From Paragordius varius (Eukaryota > Animalia > Nematomorpha): 64,000 nucleotides of DNA. The DNA lies in contig OZ176055.1 of assembly GCA_964247055.1 (NCBI GenBank), positions 992,001-1,056,000 of the forward strand, in the 5' to 3' direction. Numbering within the stretch: the first letter of the stretch is position 1; every line of letters begins with the position of its first letter. The notes under the pieces are model-generated. The model was not told where the DNA came from. It did no database searches and saw only the letters and a program-made list of their open reading frames with translations. The translations under genes and the position numbers were made by a program. Below, one piece after another: positions 12,282 to 24,566 of the stretch.

Positions 12282-14858
12282 GTTTAGGAGTTAATTTTTA
12301 GAAAACATATCAGGCCATATGAGTTCAATAAGGGCTTGAAATTACCCGTAAAAAGGCAAAAACTTTGCCCTGAAAGGTACGCCACCATATAATGACTTTT
12401 TGTTACTAAGGCAATTTTTCGATCCCACGAGAGCATATGGAATCAATCATGATTCCAGGTATTACCCAAATTAAGGCTCAAATTTTAATCTAGCGTTCTT
12501 TGTTTCGCCCGGTTAGGAGGCTACCCGCGTAAAACTGAGTCACCATATCGATACAGCATGCCTTTGGAGCCAAAGAAAATGAGACTATGGAGTTAAATAA
12601 GGGCTTAAAATATATAATACCCCTTAAATTCAAATATTTTAGAATAGGGGGTTATTTTAATGATTCGCTAAGTAAAGTTTTAGGTCCTAAAAAATTTGCC
12701 GTCATAGATAAATTTTTTCGTAATTCAAGAACTTAGGAACATATGGAATCCATAACAATTCAAGACATTCCCCATAGAAAGGCAAAAATTTTCTTCAACG
12801 CTTTTTTTATACCTGCCCTAAAATAAGGAGCTACCCGCCCAAAATTGCGCCACTACAGAAAACTTATGAAGCCATATGAGCTTATATAGAGTTTGAAATA
12901 TTACCCGTAACTAGGTAAAAAATAATGAGGGTTTTTTTTAATAGGCGTTAATTTGGGGCCTTTATACTAAAAAAATATGCCATCATATAACGATTATTTG
13001 GCTTTGAGGATTTTTTCGAATAACCCATGAAACGATAGTATCAAAAATGATTCCAAATATTCACTATAAAGGCAAAAAATTTAACTTTGCTCCTATATAG
13101 ATCTATGCGTATCGGGTCTACTGTTTAAAACTGAAACGCCATACAAAAATGGCATGGTTTTGGAGCTGATTTTAAAAAAACTTAAGAACTCATAGGAATT
13201 ATTTAAAGGCTTTAAATAATTCCCATAAAAAGAAAAAATTATAGTATTGTTTTTTCCGTTAGCCGTTAATTTGGGGCCTTCACACTAGTAAACAATATAA
13301 TAGTATGAATGCACAGTTTTGAAATTTGTACTTTTAAGATCATATCTATTAAATAATGTTTCGAAATAATCCACATATATGGATCATTTTATTGAATTCT
13401 TTTATCAAAAAGCCACCCCGTCCATGAAGTCCGAAGAACTTACTCGGGCTGCGTAGCAGCACGAGATTTACGCTAGTGATTATATAAATTAAAAAAAAGT
13501 ATGGTGCTTTTAGAAAAAAATATCTGTCTGTATATTTTTACGTTTTGTCTATAATAAAAATTGAATTATAACTGTAAAAGCATTAATGATTCACATTAGG
13601 TTTTATGCGAGTTTTTAAATTAATTGGTTATTTGTTTTGTATTTTTTGCTCAATTTATTTAAAACAAAAAATAGATTTATGTTTCATCCTGTGAAAAAAA
13701 AGTGTTACAAAGATGGGTAGATCCAAAAGCACTAATATTTGAGCAAATAATGTTAGGTTAGGATATTTCGCGGACGTCAGGCATTTTTTATGAAATTCAA
13801 TTTTATTTGTTTCAAATAAAAATTTTAAGTCATTATTGGATTACAAATCAATTAATTCCATTTGTAATAAAATAGGAGCGTTGATAGCTTCAGCGTGAAA
13901 CAAAGAGCAAAATATACTCTAATAATAAGGGTATATCTAAATGGGACTGTGGTTTTTCATAAATATTACGCTTTCAATAAATGATTATTAATAAAGTTGA
14001 TTTGTGGCAAATATTCTAAATTTCAGATTGTAAAGGAAATATATGATTAAATGAATGTGATGAAAAATAATAAAAATATTATAAAAAATTTTTTATGCAA
14101 ATCAATTCAAAATTTTTACTTTTTGAAAAAAAATCTTAACATTGTACATTGCCACTCAAACATTTAACTTTTTGCAAATTTTTTTTTCAATTTCTCAAAA
14201 TTTTTAAAAGAGCTACAAGTGCGGTACCATCTGTTGGACACTCCTGACCTAAAGCATTGCAAAATTTAATAATTTTGATATGTCATCTCTATCTGAATTC
14301 GGAAAGGGGTTACGCTGCGAAGAAAAATAAGCCGAACTGTGTTATAAGAATCAGCTCTGTTGTTAAAATATTATCTATATATTTACGAACAAAACGTAAA
14401 AAAATCTCTATTTCTTTTTGTGTAATGCAAAAAACAATGAGTTGTATATCAAAAACCTAATTTAAAAAAGTACAGCAATCTTTTTTAAAATATTATTTTT
14501 ACGTTTTATTCGTATGATTTGAATTTTTACTGTAATTTTTCTGATATTATCCAAAATCAAGTCGCATTTTTGTCGCATATTAGGTCAAATAAACCTATTT
14601 CAACGGAGAAAAAGGCAACGATATAGATACTAAATTCGAATCTAAAATTAAGATTAAAGGGCTTACAGGAATCAATAATTCTCACTTTGGCGTCAAAATA
14701 TTATCAAATTAAATTGTTATTATGCGGTCAAAGATTTTAATTCTTATTTTTACTATCAAATAGTTATTATATATTCAAATTCAGAGAATGAGGCATTACA
14801 CAGTGTGCCCAAAAAATATCATCATGAAATATATTTATATTCCGATAGAAAAATATGT

Positions 14859-15872
14859 CAAGAATATCATGGTGCTTTTGGTTTTGTTTACACTTTCAGA
14901 GTAATTGGTCCATATCAGAAAATGACAATATTTGAGCACATTTTTAATAATTTTTTTAATGAAAGATAAATGCCGCCAAAAAAAAATCACTAATCTAAAC
15001 TACTTATAAAAAGCAAAGCAATATTTTTCTACAACATTTTAGTTTTTAAATGTATTATTCCACTTCTAAAATGGACTCTAGTTCTTTTAAAAGAAATGAG
15101 ATTGCGCGATCAGATTTTTAAATATATGCTAGAATTGACATCAGAAAATTATATAAAAAATGCTTACTTTTTACAAAAATTTAATTAGCGCAAAATTTTG
15201 TTAAAGCATAGTTCATGCTATTTTTTAGGCATTATAAAAACTATATAAAAGCGCTGTTAGATATTATAAAAACACTTTATTATGTAATATGAACACTTTT
15301 ATTACCTCAGAATTTTGATTAAAATATTTCGTTTGTTTAAATTAATGTCAAATATAAATTGTTTTTTTATATAAAAATTCACCAAAATTTGAAATTAAAC
15401 GAACCTTTAAATTAAAATTCTAGAAATGTTCAGCATCACATTATATAGAAAAAGTGTTTTTATATCTTAAAGTGTTTTTCGTCCATCTTGCCTAAAAATA
15501 ATAGGAGGTACGCTTCAACAAAAATATTCTAAAAATTGAAATTTTCTAAAAGTAATTTTTTAAAAATATTTTTTTATGTCAAATTTTAGCATATATTTAA
15601 AAATATTCCGGCATTTGCGTTTATCCTGAAAGAACAAACCCGTTATGAAAAAATTTGGGACTAGAGCCCACATCTAAAAACTAAAACATTATATATTGTT
15701 TTGCCTTTTATAAGTAGTTTATGTTATAATTTAGTGATTTTTTTAGAATGGAAAATTTAGCTTCATTAAAAAAATTAATAAAAAGTATGCCATTTTTCTG
15801 ATATGGAGCACTTGGCAGAGTGTAAATAATTTATTTTAGCAGCCTTAAAGGCCACCCACCATGATAACCCTG
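14859..15872. mobile_element. Degenerate ~1-kb foldback / long-TIR element
   Basis: Nested inverted matches: tatcatggtg...ccatatcagaaaatg (14865-14925) vs cattttctgatatgg...caccatgata (15790-15866); ~15115-15145 vs ~15575-15600; ~15225-15295 vs ~15430-15500. A lone right end occurs at ~49350-49442. Confidence 0.6.
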
Positions 15873-16807
15873 ATATATTTTTTTATCAGAATATATTTAT
15901 TTAATCAAGATATTTTTTTATGCCCCGCGATTTTGTACACTATGTTATATATATATATATATATATTAAATAATGTAATTTATTTAAATAATAAGATAGA
16001 ATGTGTGATAAAATAAAATTTTGGATAAAATTTTTTGAATAAAAAAGGAAAAATTAAAACATTTCTTTTATTTTTTTACGCATTCCAGCTTATTTTTTAA
16101 ATAAATTACGTATATATTTAAAGTTTACCCAAAATATTGCGTTCAAAATGATTCAAAGCTTATATAAAAATATGTTTTTTATAATTTGCAAAGTGGAAGC
16201 GTATGTTTTTACAAAACATCCAATCATTGGTGCGTTTTTCTCCATTGTATTTAATTTTATTCAACCTAATGTACGACCAAATGCGATTTTTGGTTTAGAC
16301 TAATAATAGAAAAAAAAATAATAACTATTTTCTAGTCTGTTGACCGCATTTTATTTCGGTATATTCGTAAACCTAAATTAGCTACCGAATGATATATGAA
16401 ACATAAACGCAGCTTTTTTGATGCGCACGGTATACCAGTAATAATGTTTGAAAGCAAATTTTATATAATTTTAATATTTTAATCTAAAGTCCAAATATTA
16501 TGCCCATATCAAACCCGTAAATAGTATAGAACCGGTTATTGAACGTAAAATTTTAATATAGGCGCCCACGGCCGCACGCGGCGTGTTTTTTATGGCCCTG
16601 AAATTTTTATTTTATTTTTGATGTATAGAGTTTAAATATCTCCATATGCATTTAACAGCTATGCAACATTTGTCGGTATTATATGGGGAGCTCTTGAGAC
16701 AAGAAAAATGTTTAATTCGGCCCCTCAAATTTTTTAGTAAGAACCACTGGAAAAAGCTTTATATTTTAGAAATATTTTTAAGTTTCTTTGGTGTTACTAA
16801 CGATTAC

Positions 16808-16813
<6 letters not shown>

Positions 16814-16856
<43 letters not shown>
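16814..16856. repeat. (TA)n microsatellite; others at ~15945, 37030, 38910, 41717, 42035, 46410, 48610, 51295
   Basis: Direct reading. Confidence 0.95.
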
Positions 16857-16859
<3 letters not shown>

Positions 16860-17375
16860 GTTTTTAAAATATCTAAGTAAAACTGTTTGGGATCAATTCT
16901 ACAAAATTAAATTTTTGAAGTGAAGATCTTTAGCACCATCAAATATTGTAAAAAAATGTGGCGACTGCTTGAAAAAAGTTGTTTTTGACTGAAAAATGGT
17001 AAAAAAAATTGTTTAAAAAATGGAAAATTACGACCAACTATGTAAGCTTTTAAAAAAGGAGATGCGATTTAATTCCTTTTTTTGCGTTTATTTTAAGGAT
17101 ATCATTCTCATTTTAACAGTTCTTTACGATGAATTTTCCAAGTATAAGTATTAAGGGTATATTTTTGTACTTAAACTACATAAAATATATATCCGATCTA
17201 CGATCGCCGTGGCAAAACTCCTAAAAAAGGCAACTAAATGCTTTTTTAATAAATAATCAAAAATATTGTAAATCACATAGGTATAAATTTATTTAGATCT
17301 AAAAATGGAGCTTGTTGTTGAATATAGTATAGAGATAGTAGAATGTGTGTGATTGGGAAGGGTCGTTTATTTTGA

Positions 17376-17933
17376 CTATTTTCTTCCTATGCCAAAATCA
17401 TAACCTTCAAAATTATTAAAAAATTATTTTATATATATATAGTTTGTTTTTTATGGCGACATAAATAGCCATTTTATTTGTGGTGCAAAAATATAAAAAT
17501 TATAAAAAATATTTTGCTATTAGTGCAATTACATATTATCGAAACTATCTACAATCAAATTAAAGTAGTAAATTACATAACTTGAATATCATACTTCAAA
17601 AATGTTGTTAAGATTTTAAAACAGGAATTAACCCCTATTTTAAGTAACGATCTTAGTTTAAATAATATCTTAAAAAAACTGGCGGTACCAAAGTTTAGCT
17701 ATACAAACCTTGAAATTTATCGACCAAGTATGCAGAAATTATTTTACCGTCAAATAAAAATGATAGTAAATTAAATAATTACGCCTCGTAAAAGGAGTTG
17801 TTGTTGTTCGGGTACATCCACAATTCCCTTGATTTGCATTATTTGCAGGGGTTGGGTTTGCCATAGTAACAGCGAATATGCTAGCTAATACCATTACTGA
17901 AAGATATATGACGGTGAAAGATGGGAAGTGCAT
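17376..17933 (-). CDS. Small secreted neuropeptide precursor (59 aa), allatostatin-A/FGLamide-like (YDFGI-amide)
   Basis: Exon 1 17933-17783 (ATG; ends AGG C|GTAATT) plus exon 2 17404-17376 (tttgaag|GT TAT GAT TTT GGC ATA GGA AGA AAA TAG) gives MHFPSFTVIYLSVMVLASIFAVTMANPTPANNANQGNCGCTRTTTTPFTRRYDFGIGRK*. It has a hydrophobic signal peptide, a dibasic RR and a G-RK amidation signal. Confidence 0.75.
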
Positions 17934-19124
17934 TTGATTTGATAACAATGTAGATGTGAAAATCGAAGAAATTTATTAAAACTTATATATTGATTTATCT
18001 AATTTTTAGCCATATTTATACCTTTCATATGTACTATGTGAGAGGTGATTGATTTATCTTACCAAATATAAATTTTTGATGGACATGTCTAAAAATAGTT
18101 ATTTATACAGTAAAGAAACTTACCCTGGACGGTTATTACCCAATGTTTTATTGATGGGCCATTTTGCTTTGGATAAATTTGGCTTAGTTTAGTTATCAAT
18201 TAATAGTCTAGACATGATATTTATTTTTGCGATTTATATTTAGTAACATTAAAGTTGGTAAAAAACCTAAAAATATATATACAAATATACATCCTTAACC
18301 ATTATATTTGTAACTAATATTAATAAACAATATCTAAATCAAATTTTTGCAATCAAGGCAGTTAATTTTTAAACTCAAAGATAATAATAGAATTATCGTA
18401 TTACCATTATATCATAAGTCGTATAATGTATTAAAAATAAATTCATTTAAAATAAGTCCAACAAATAAAATTTATATTCCAATAAATGCCAAATTAAAAA
18501 GATGTGCATTGTTGTAAATTCTGAAAAAAACGCTTAAATTCCAATAATTGTTGTAATGATATAATATAATATCTTATAAGCTAATTTTTTTTGATTTTTT
18601 CATCATGTCACTTTCAATTTTTATATAAGAAATATGTCTAAGGTTTTTTACTAAATTAGCTTTTGCTAAATGTAAATATTAATAAAAGTAGTTTTTGCTT
18701 AGTATTGGGGTGTCGAACACAAATGGCATTATTGACCGATTTTCGACCCAGAATATCAGAGGGAGACCGTGTCGTATTATAAAAATAAAAATGATTATTT
18801 TTAATACTTTAAGAATTCTTTACTCCAGAGCGGAAATTCCCATGAAATGTGTTCAAGGTAATGGGCCAAATAGTATGCATTTTTATGTGAATCAATTTTT
18901 TTATAGACATAAATGTGTAAAACGTCCCCAACCCCAACCTTTTAGGCGCAATTTTTTTCTTTGAATTTTTTAAAATCGCTAATACAACAAGGTAAATAAT
19001 AATATTATGGTAAAAAAATGTTATGAAACAAATTGTGAAAGCTTTCAAAAACATTTTAGCGCAACAAATTTTTCATATAACAATAATTACACTATATGAT
19101 ATTGCTCTTTCGAGCTGTCATATT

Positions 19125-19640
19125 CTTAACCATTTCGCTATAGAATTCTGTCTATGGCGTCCTAACCTTTTACGTTTAGTTTTGCCATGTTCCCCTTAAC
19201 TGCATCAATCCATCGCGTTTTAGGGCGCCTTCGTCCCCTCTTATCTTTCACAATATAATCATCAATCTTTTTACCAATTTAAGTATTATCTCTTCTTTCT
19301 ACATGTTCGAACCATCTTAAACGATTTACCATCATCTTGCGTTATCGTTTAATTTCCGTACTTCCTCTAATGTATATTTTACTCACCTTGTATTTCCTCG
19401 TTACACCGCACACAATCTAAGCATTCTCATTTCACAACCTCTCAGTGCCTCTCTTCTGACATTTAATCCCCATGTGATAGTCTGTTAGCTGTACAGCACT
19501 GTAAATCTTAACCTTGACTGTTAAAATATTATTATCGCGCAAAGATCTTTTTATAATTTGCCCAACTATTAAGAACTCTTAAATTTATATCATGCGTTAA
19601 GGACTGCTGAATCGCTCCTAAATATTTGCATTCCTCCTGA
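19125..19640 (-). pseudogene. 3' fragment of a second RTE-clade LINE
   Basis: Minus-strand translation gives RLRWFEHVERRD...KRGRRRPKTRWIDAVK with stops, the typical RTE C-terminus. Confidence 0.8.
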
Positions 19641-20443
19641 CCTTTTAATATCGACCCTTTTCTTAATTCCAATTCTCGTTTTTTTCCCACCGAAAGCTGT
19701 TAAATCGAGTATAAGATTCCCAATTTTCCGCCTTATTTTTAATGAAAAAACAGGACAATAATGTTTTATAATTTAATATTAACCATAACAAAAGATGGTT
19801 TAAAACTAACCCAACATGCATTTTTCCACAAATGAAAAGTTTTAATAAACAAAATGGTATTGTATGTAGGACACCGGTCTTAAACACTGTTTGCGTGGAG
19901 TACCAGATTCGAAACCCTAAAGCTGGGAATTTTCTAGGTAGGGGAGTGTTAAAGCTCTCACAAATCCTGATATTAATTAAGTCCTACCCTTTTAAAAGGA
20001 AAAAAATGTCTCTAATTCTGTTTTTTTATATTATTTTTATATTCATTAAATTTAAAATGTGTGGTATTCAAGTGTTATAAAAACTAAATAAAACTTTATT
20101 ATACATAAAAATTGAAATGACGAAACGTAAAAATATAAAGACAAATATTTTTAACTAAAAAACAACCATACTTTTTTCCTATAAAATAATTTAATTACAA
20201 TCGTATACTACATAATTTCTTGCTTAAATCTTTATTTCCTATTTATAAGATTCGATAAGTTGGATTCTTTTAAAAAGAATTGTTTTTATATTTTTACGTT
20301 ATGTCCGTCTAATTTCAATTTTTCACTGTATTTTTATGATGATGCTGAGCATTTTCATCACCTCAAATTTTTAATTTTAAAATATTGCCTTTGATTAATT
20401 TAGAAATATATAAAGCACAAATGTCCATTTGTATGATTTGGGG

Positions 20444-22043
20444 CAGGAGTTCTTAAACCTTTTTAGTTCCCGATCCCATTTATGATGCGAGTTCCTTAAC
20501 AACCCCAACAAATCTAAAAAAACAGTTCTTCTAGATAACACTTAGAAATTTTGTTGATAATATTTATCAAGATTATTTCGGTTTTGAGAGATTGACAAAA
20601 ATAAAATTTTTTTATAATTTTCTATAACATTTTCTGATTCATAGTAAATTTATACAAGTTACAAGCTGGCCCTGTTACGCTTTAATTGTGGCGTAGTTTT
20701 ACCGAACTATTCTTAATAATTTACATTAAATAGAGTTAATGGAGATAAAAAATAATAATAAATATATTTAATAAAAAGAATATCGTATTATTCTTTTACG
20801 GGTTTTTACATAGGCTGAAATATTGTTTACTCGAAATCGACCATATAAATGTCCCTTATTAAAGTTAATATTCAACTATCATTAATTTATTTGATGATTT
20901 TTGTTTTACGAAATCATGGTTAGAAGTTCTAATTTGTATATGTTTATATATCTGGGATCAAGGGATATAAAAAGTAAATCATTTGTGGTCCCTTTTTAAA
21001 GGGATTGAGATTATACAAATTTTAAATGTGTTTAACTGAACTCGTATGGCTTCTTAAGTTTTTTGAAAATTATCCAAAACTAGGGCTATGTATGGCGTCA
21101 CAATTTAAAACTGATAGACCTCTACCCATAGACCTGCATGTAAAAAGCACAGAGTTAAATTCTTTGTTTTTATGCTCAAATATTTGGAATCATCTTTGAT
21201 ATCATCGTCTCATGGGGTATTCGAAAAAATACTTTAACACTAAATAATCGTTATATGAAGGCGTTTTAGGGCATAAATTAACGGCTAATAAATTACGGGT
21301 AATATTTCAAGCTTTTCTTCGTAAATATTCTGTAATTTAGCTCCAAAAGCAATTTCTATATAGTGGCGGAGTTTCGGCTTCTGTTATCCAGCAACCAATA
21401 TAAAAACTCAAAACTAAGAAATTTTGATTTTTAACAGAGAATAACTCGAATCCTCAGTGAATTTTGACGGTCTCATACCCTGGGCAAAATATTACTTAGT
21501 TTTTTTGAAAAAAATGGGATTTTACGGGTGAAACGGGTAAAAAGGAGCCTAAATTAAAAAAGTAAGCCAGCTAGGTTCAGCGCAATCGAAAAAAATAAAT
21601 ATAATGATATTTGAAATCGAATGGTCCAACAAGTTTTCCGGAAAATTGTCTCAAAGACACGATTTTTCTGTTCTGTTTTCAAAAAAACTCGTTTTTTACA
21701 CAAGGTGGGCCCGAACAGTGAGCCTCATTCAAAAAAGGGCGAATTGTCGGAGCAATGATTAATAATTATATTTTTTTGACATTTGGATTTGAATGGTTCT
21801 AACGGTTTTCCAACAGATCACAAAGCCAGCATTCATTTTTATAAATATACAGATTATGATCGGAATAGAAATGCCAGAAGATTTTATGATTTTATCTACA
21901 ATGAGTGTTATTTTTCTTTTTATAACAATAATTTTACAAGTTAAAAAACATTTTTTGTTAAATTGTATTTTTATCACTCGCGACCCCATAATTTTGCTAC
22001 GCGACCCCAAATAGGGTCGCGACCCATAGTTTAAGAAGCCCTG
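20444..22043. mobile_element. hAT (Charlie-like) MITE, ~410 bp of its own sequence, split by a nested Helitron
   Basis: TIRs caggagttcttaaac / (rc) cagggcttcttaaac match 13/15. 8-bp TSD atttgggg (20436-20443) / atttaggg (22044-22051). Subterminal gcgacccc repeats. Confidence 0.82.
20662..21853 (-). mobile_element. Non-autonomous Helitron (copy 2)
   Basis: Reverse-complement homology to 62547-63700. The 5' end A|TCtgtatatttataaaaatg is at 21853. The 3' end is tentative (CTTG|T at 20665-20662). Confidence 0.7.
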
Positions 22044-22982
22044 ATTTAGGGTAATGATAACGTTTTTATCCTGTATGTCCATTACGCGCATAACTATTTA
22101 AATATATATTTGAATCTCTAATTTATAGAATGCAAAAACAACCCTTTTTTGATACTTAATGAATAACTATTTTCTTATTTTCAGTTATAATCGCTGCAAG
22201 CACAAAAATAGCCCACTTACATAATCCTACAAAAAATTATGTTTAAGGCAAAATTAATTTACAAAAATTAAAAGGGCCGGAAAGGACAGAGCATCTTACG
22301 GATTTACTTTCAAAAATTAAAGATGAAATTCTAAATAATAACCATAATAATTATGAAATGCTCTGAGGATTCCATCCAGCAAAGAAACTGAAAATACAGA
22401 ACCCACACTTTTGGTAAATAACCAGCTTTTGGAGAAGAATTTTATCGGAGTCACCGACTAAACATTATTGCACATTGGTGTCAGGTCATTTTAGAAGTTT
22501 TTTTGGCGATAAAATAACATAGCCAAACATCTTCCAATGTATTGCAAAAAATACTGTTCCATATTAGTTCAAATATTGCTAATTAAAATTTACAAAAAAG
22601 GATTTAATTAATCATCACTTTGTTATTTTTTGTATGAACTAGACTCCTCAATTAAGCCCCACTCCGTGTAAAAATAGCGGTTTTTAAATGTTACAAGTAC
22701 CAAAACTCCTTTCTTTGCAGTAATATATCTTAGGAACCCATTCAAATATATTAATTTGTTGCTTTTTTGCTAATCCAAAGAAAATTTGCTGCTATTTGCA
22801 CAAAAACTAACCCTCGAAATATTTTTGAGGCAATATTTAGCCCAAGCTTTGAGTATTCCCAGTATAAAAACAAATTTAACCTAACGCCTTTTATAATTAT
22901 CGGATGTGAAGGCCCCGACCTTATGTGAAAACGCCACAATACAAAAGTGGATTTTAAGCCATTTTCGTTGGAAATCCTTTAG

Positions 22983-23290
22983 AGAGGCGTAGCTTGCATT
23001 TCCGGCGACCGGTGAATAAATCCGTGGCGCCTTCTTCCCTCCATGCAACTCGCATTTAAAAAATGGAATTAAAACCGCGGACATGACAACTCATAAATGG
23101 GAAATTTTTTTATGTATTATTTGAATAATAACTTTTAAATACCTATTTTTTTGAAAAAAAATTAAATTTTTTAAATCCAGCACCATTAACCAATTATTAA
23201 AATTAATTTTCTTTTTAAATCCGGCGCTCCTTCAACTATGGCGCCCGATGCCTCAGCAAACCCCCCCCCCCCTCCCCCCACTACGTTTTT
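22983..23290. mobile_element. Decayed GC-rich MITE (CAGTGGCGTAGC-type ends, ggcgccc motifs, poly-C)
   Basis: gaggcgtagcttgc...ggcgaccgg at left; ggcgcccgatgc...cccccactacg at right. Confidence 0.45.
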
Positions 23291-24566
23291 GATCTTATGG
23301 GTCCAATCATAGTTTTAATTGCAATTATGAAGGCAGAACATCAGGCACGTTTAAATTAGAGCAGATGGGTAGAACTACTACCCATGTATGCATCTCAGGT
23401 TTAACAATTTATTCGTTTTTGATGTTTTATTGTTTGTAAAAAAATCTTTTTTTTAAAAGATTAGAGCCTTACTCTATATGAATACTTTCCAAACAAAATA
23501 GTCATGTCTATGGACCAATATAATTGATAAGCAAATGTCCTAATTGAAAAAAAACATATTATCATTTCATTGAGCGTGTCGACTGCGCGTGTGAGGGCAC
23601 AGTTAGTAATATATGCTATCGATTCATATATTAAAACAGTGTTACTCACCAAAAATTCTTAAAGGGCATGTAATGCCGATAAGATTTCATAGCTGTTTGA
23701 CACAATTGTAACCTATCCATTAAACAAGTTTGCCAAAAATAAAATAAATAATTTAGGTCAAAACAAGAGGTTGCTAAATTTTCAGGTAACAAGCCAAAAA
23801 GGTAAAAGGTTAATTCACCCATTTAACCTATGTGACTGGTTATAAAAAGTAGGTTTTGAATCTATTTTATAACAATAAATTACCGATGGCAAACATATCT
23901 TACGTCTCGTAACAGTATTCATAAACAGACCATCATTATTCACGGATCCAGCGGTAAGCCAAAGCGGTTAAAATTTTTACAAGCTTTTTATACGGTAGTA
24001 ACCCATAATAGGTCTTTCATAGTTAGTGCAGAGGAAATTAAATAGATACTAATAATAGTTTAGAGTTTGGCTTTAATATAAAAATATCGTTCAGGGAACA
24101 ATTGTATCTCTCTAGATTGCCATTCAGTAAAAAAAATTTTAACCAACTGACTTAAAATGCGATTAGATCTATGCTCGTTAGTATTAGTTTAGAATAAAAT
24201 TACGTAGAGAGCGGATAAATTATGCGTTATGAGGTTATTAAAACAAAAAGATGTCGTAAAGGTTGGTGAGATCCTGTTATTTTCAATGTTTCTTTAATAA
24301 TTGATTTGAGCACGATATATTAAACTTAGGAGATTGATCTGCCTCGAAAAACTAAAACTGCACATTTTAAATTATTTATGTACGAGTCTTCCCGGGCTAT
24401 GATAGGTCGATAACTAGTATTTTGGCCTAAATTAGGATATTGTTAAACAGGCTCAAATATATGGGAATTTTCAAACGAAAATATTGAAAAAACGGTAATT
24501 TCTATCCAACTAACACACACATTACAGTAGGAGTAAGTATATATATATATATATACATTAGTTCTT

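Larger units (their letters stand above)
8276..13476 (+). mobile_element. Non-autonomous Helitron (copy 1), interrupted by the RTE insertion
   Basis: 3' hairpin ctcgggctgcgtagcagcacgag then CTAG|T at 13473-13476. Internal ~250-bp subrepeats (catatggaatc...aaaaggcaaaaattt...ctgcgccac) are shared with 62547-63998. The 5' end is approximate. Confidence 0.75.

Noticed and set aside
12300-13300. Regularly recurring motifs that might suggest a CRISPR-like array
   Set aside because: The units are ~250-bp degenerate Helitron subrepeats with no unique spacers; the DNA is eukaryotic and there are no cas genes.
17685-17715. Alternative acceptor in the neuropeptide intron giving R-L-Y-S..., like AstA RLYSFGL
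   Set aside because: A TAA follows AGC immediately and FG lies out of frame; probably coincidence.
21759-22091. ORF-track ORFs of 110 and 73 aa
   Set aside because: They overlap the Helitron 5' end and the hAT MITE arm; no protein signal.
22751-23084. Two short minus-strand ORFs in a GC-richer patch
   Set aside because: The GC content is largely explained by a decayed MITE; no recognisable motif or splice chain.
23461-24450. Possible extra downstream exons (ZP-C or TM) of the ZP-N gene
   Set aside because: The exon at 25381-25148 ends in TAA with no good donor, and these patches lack a ZP-C Cys pattern.
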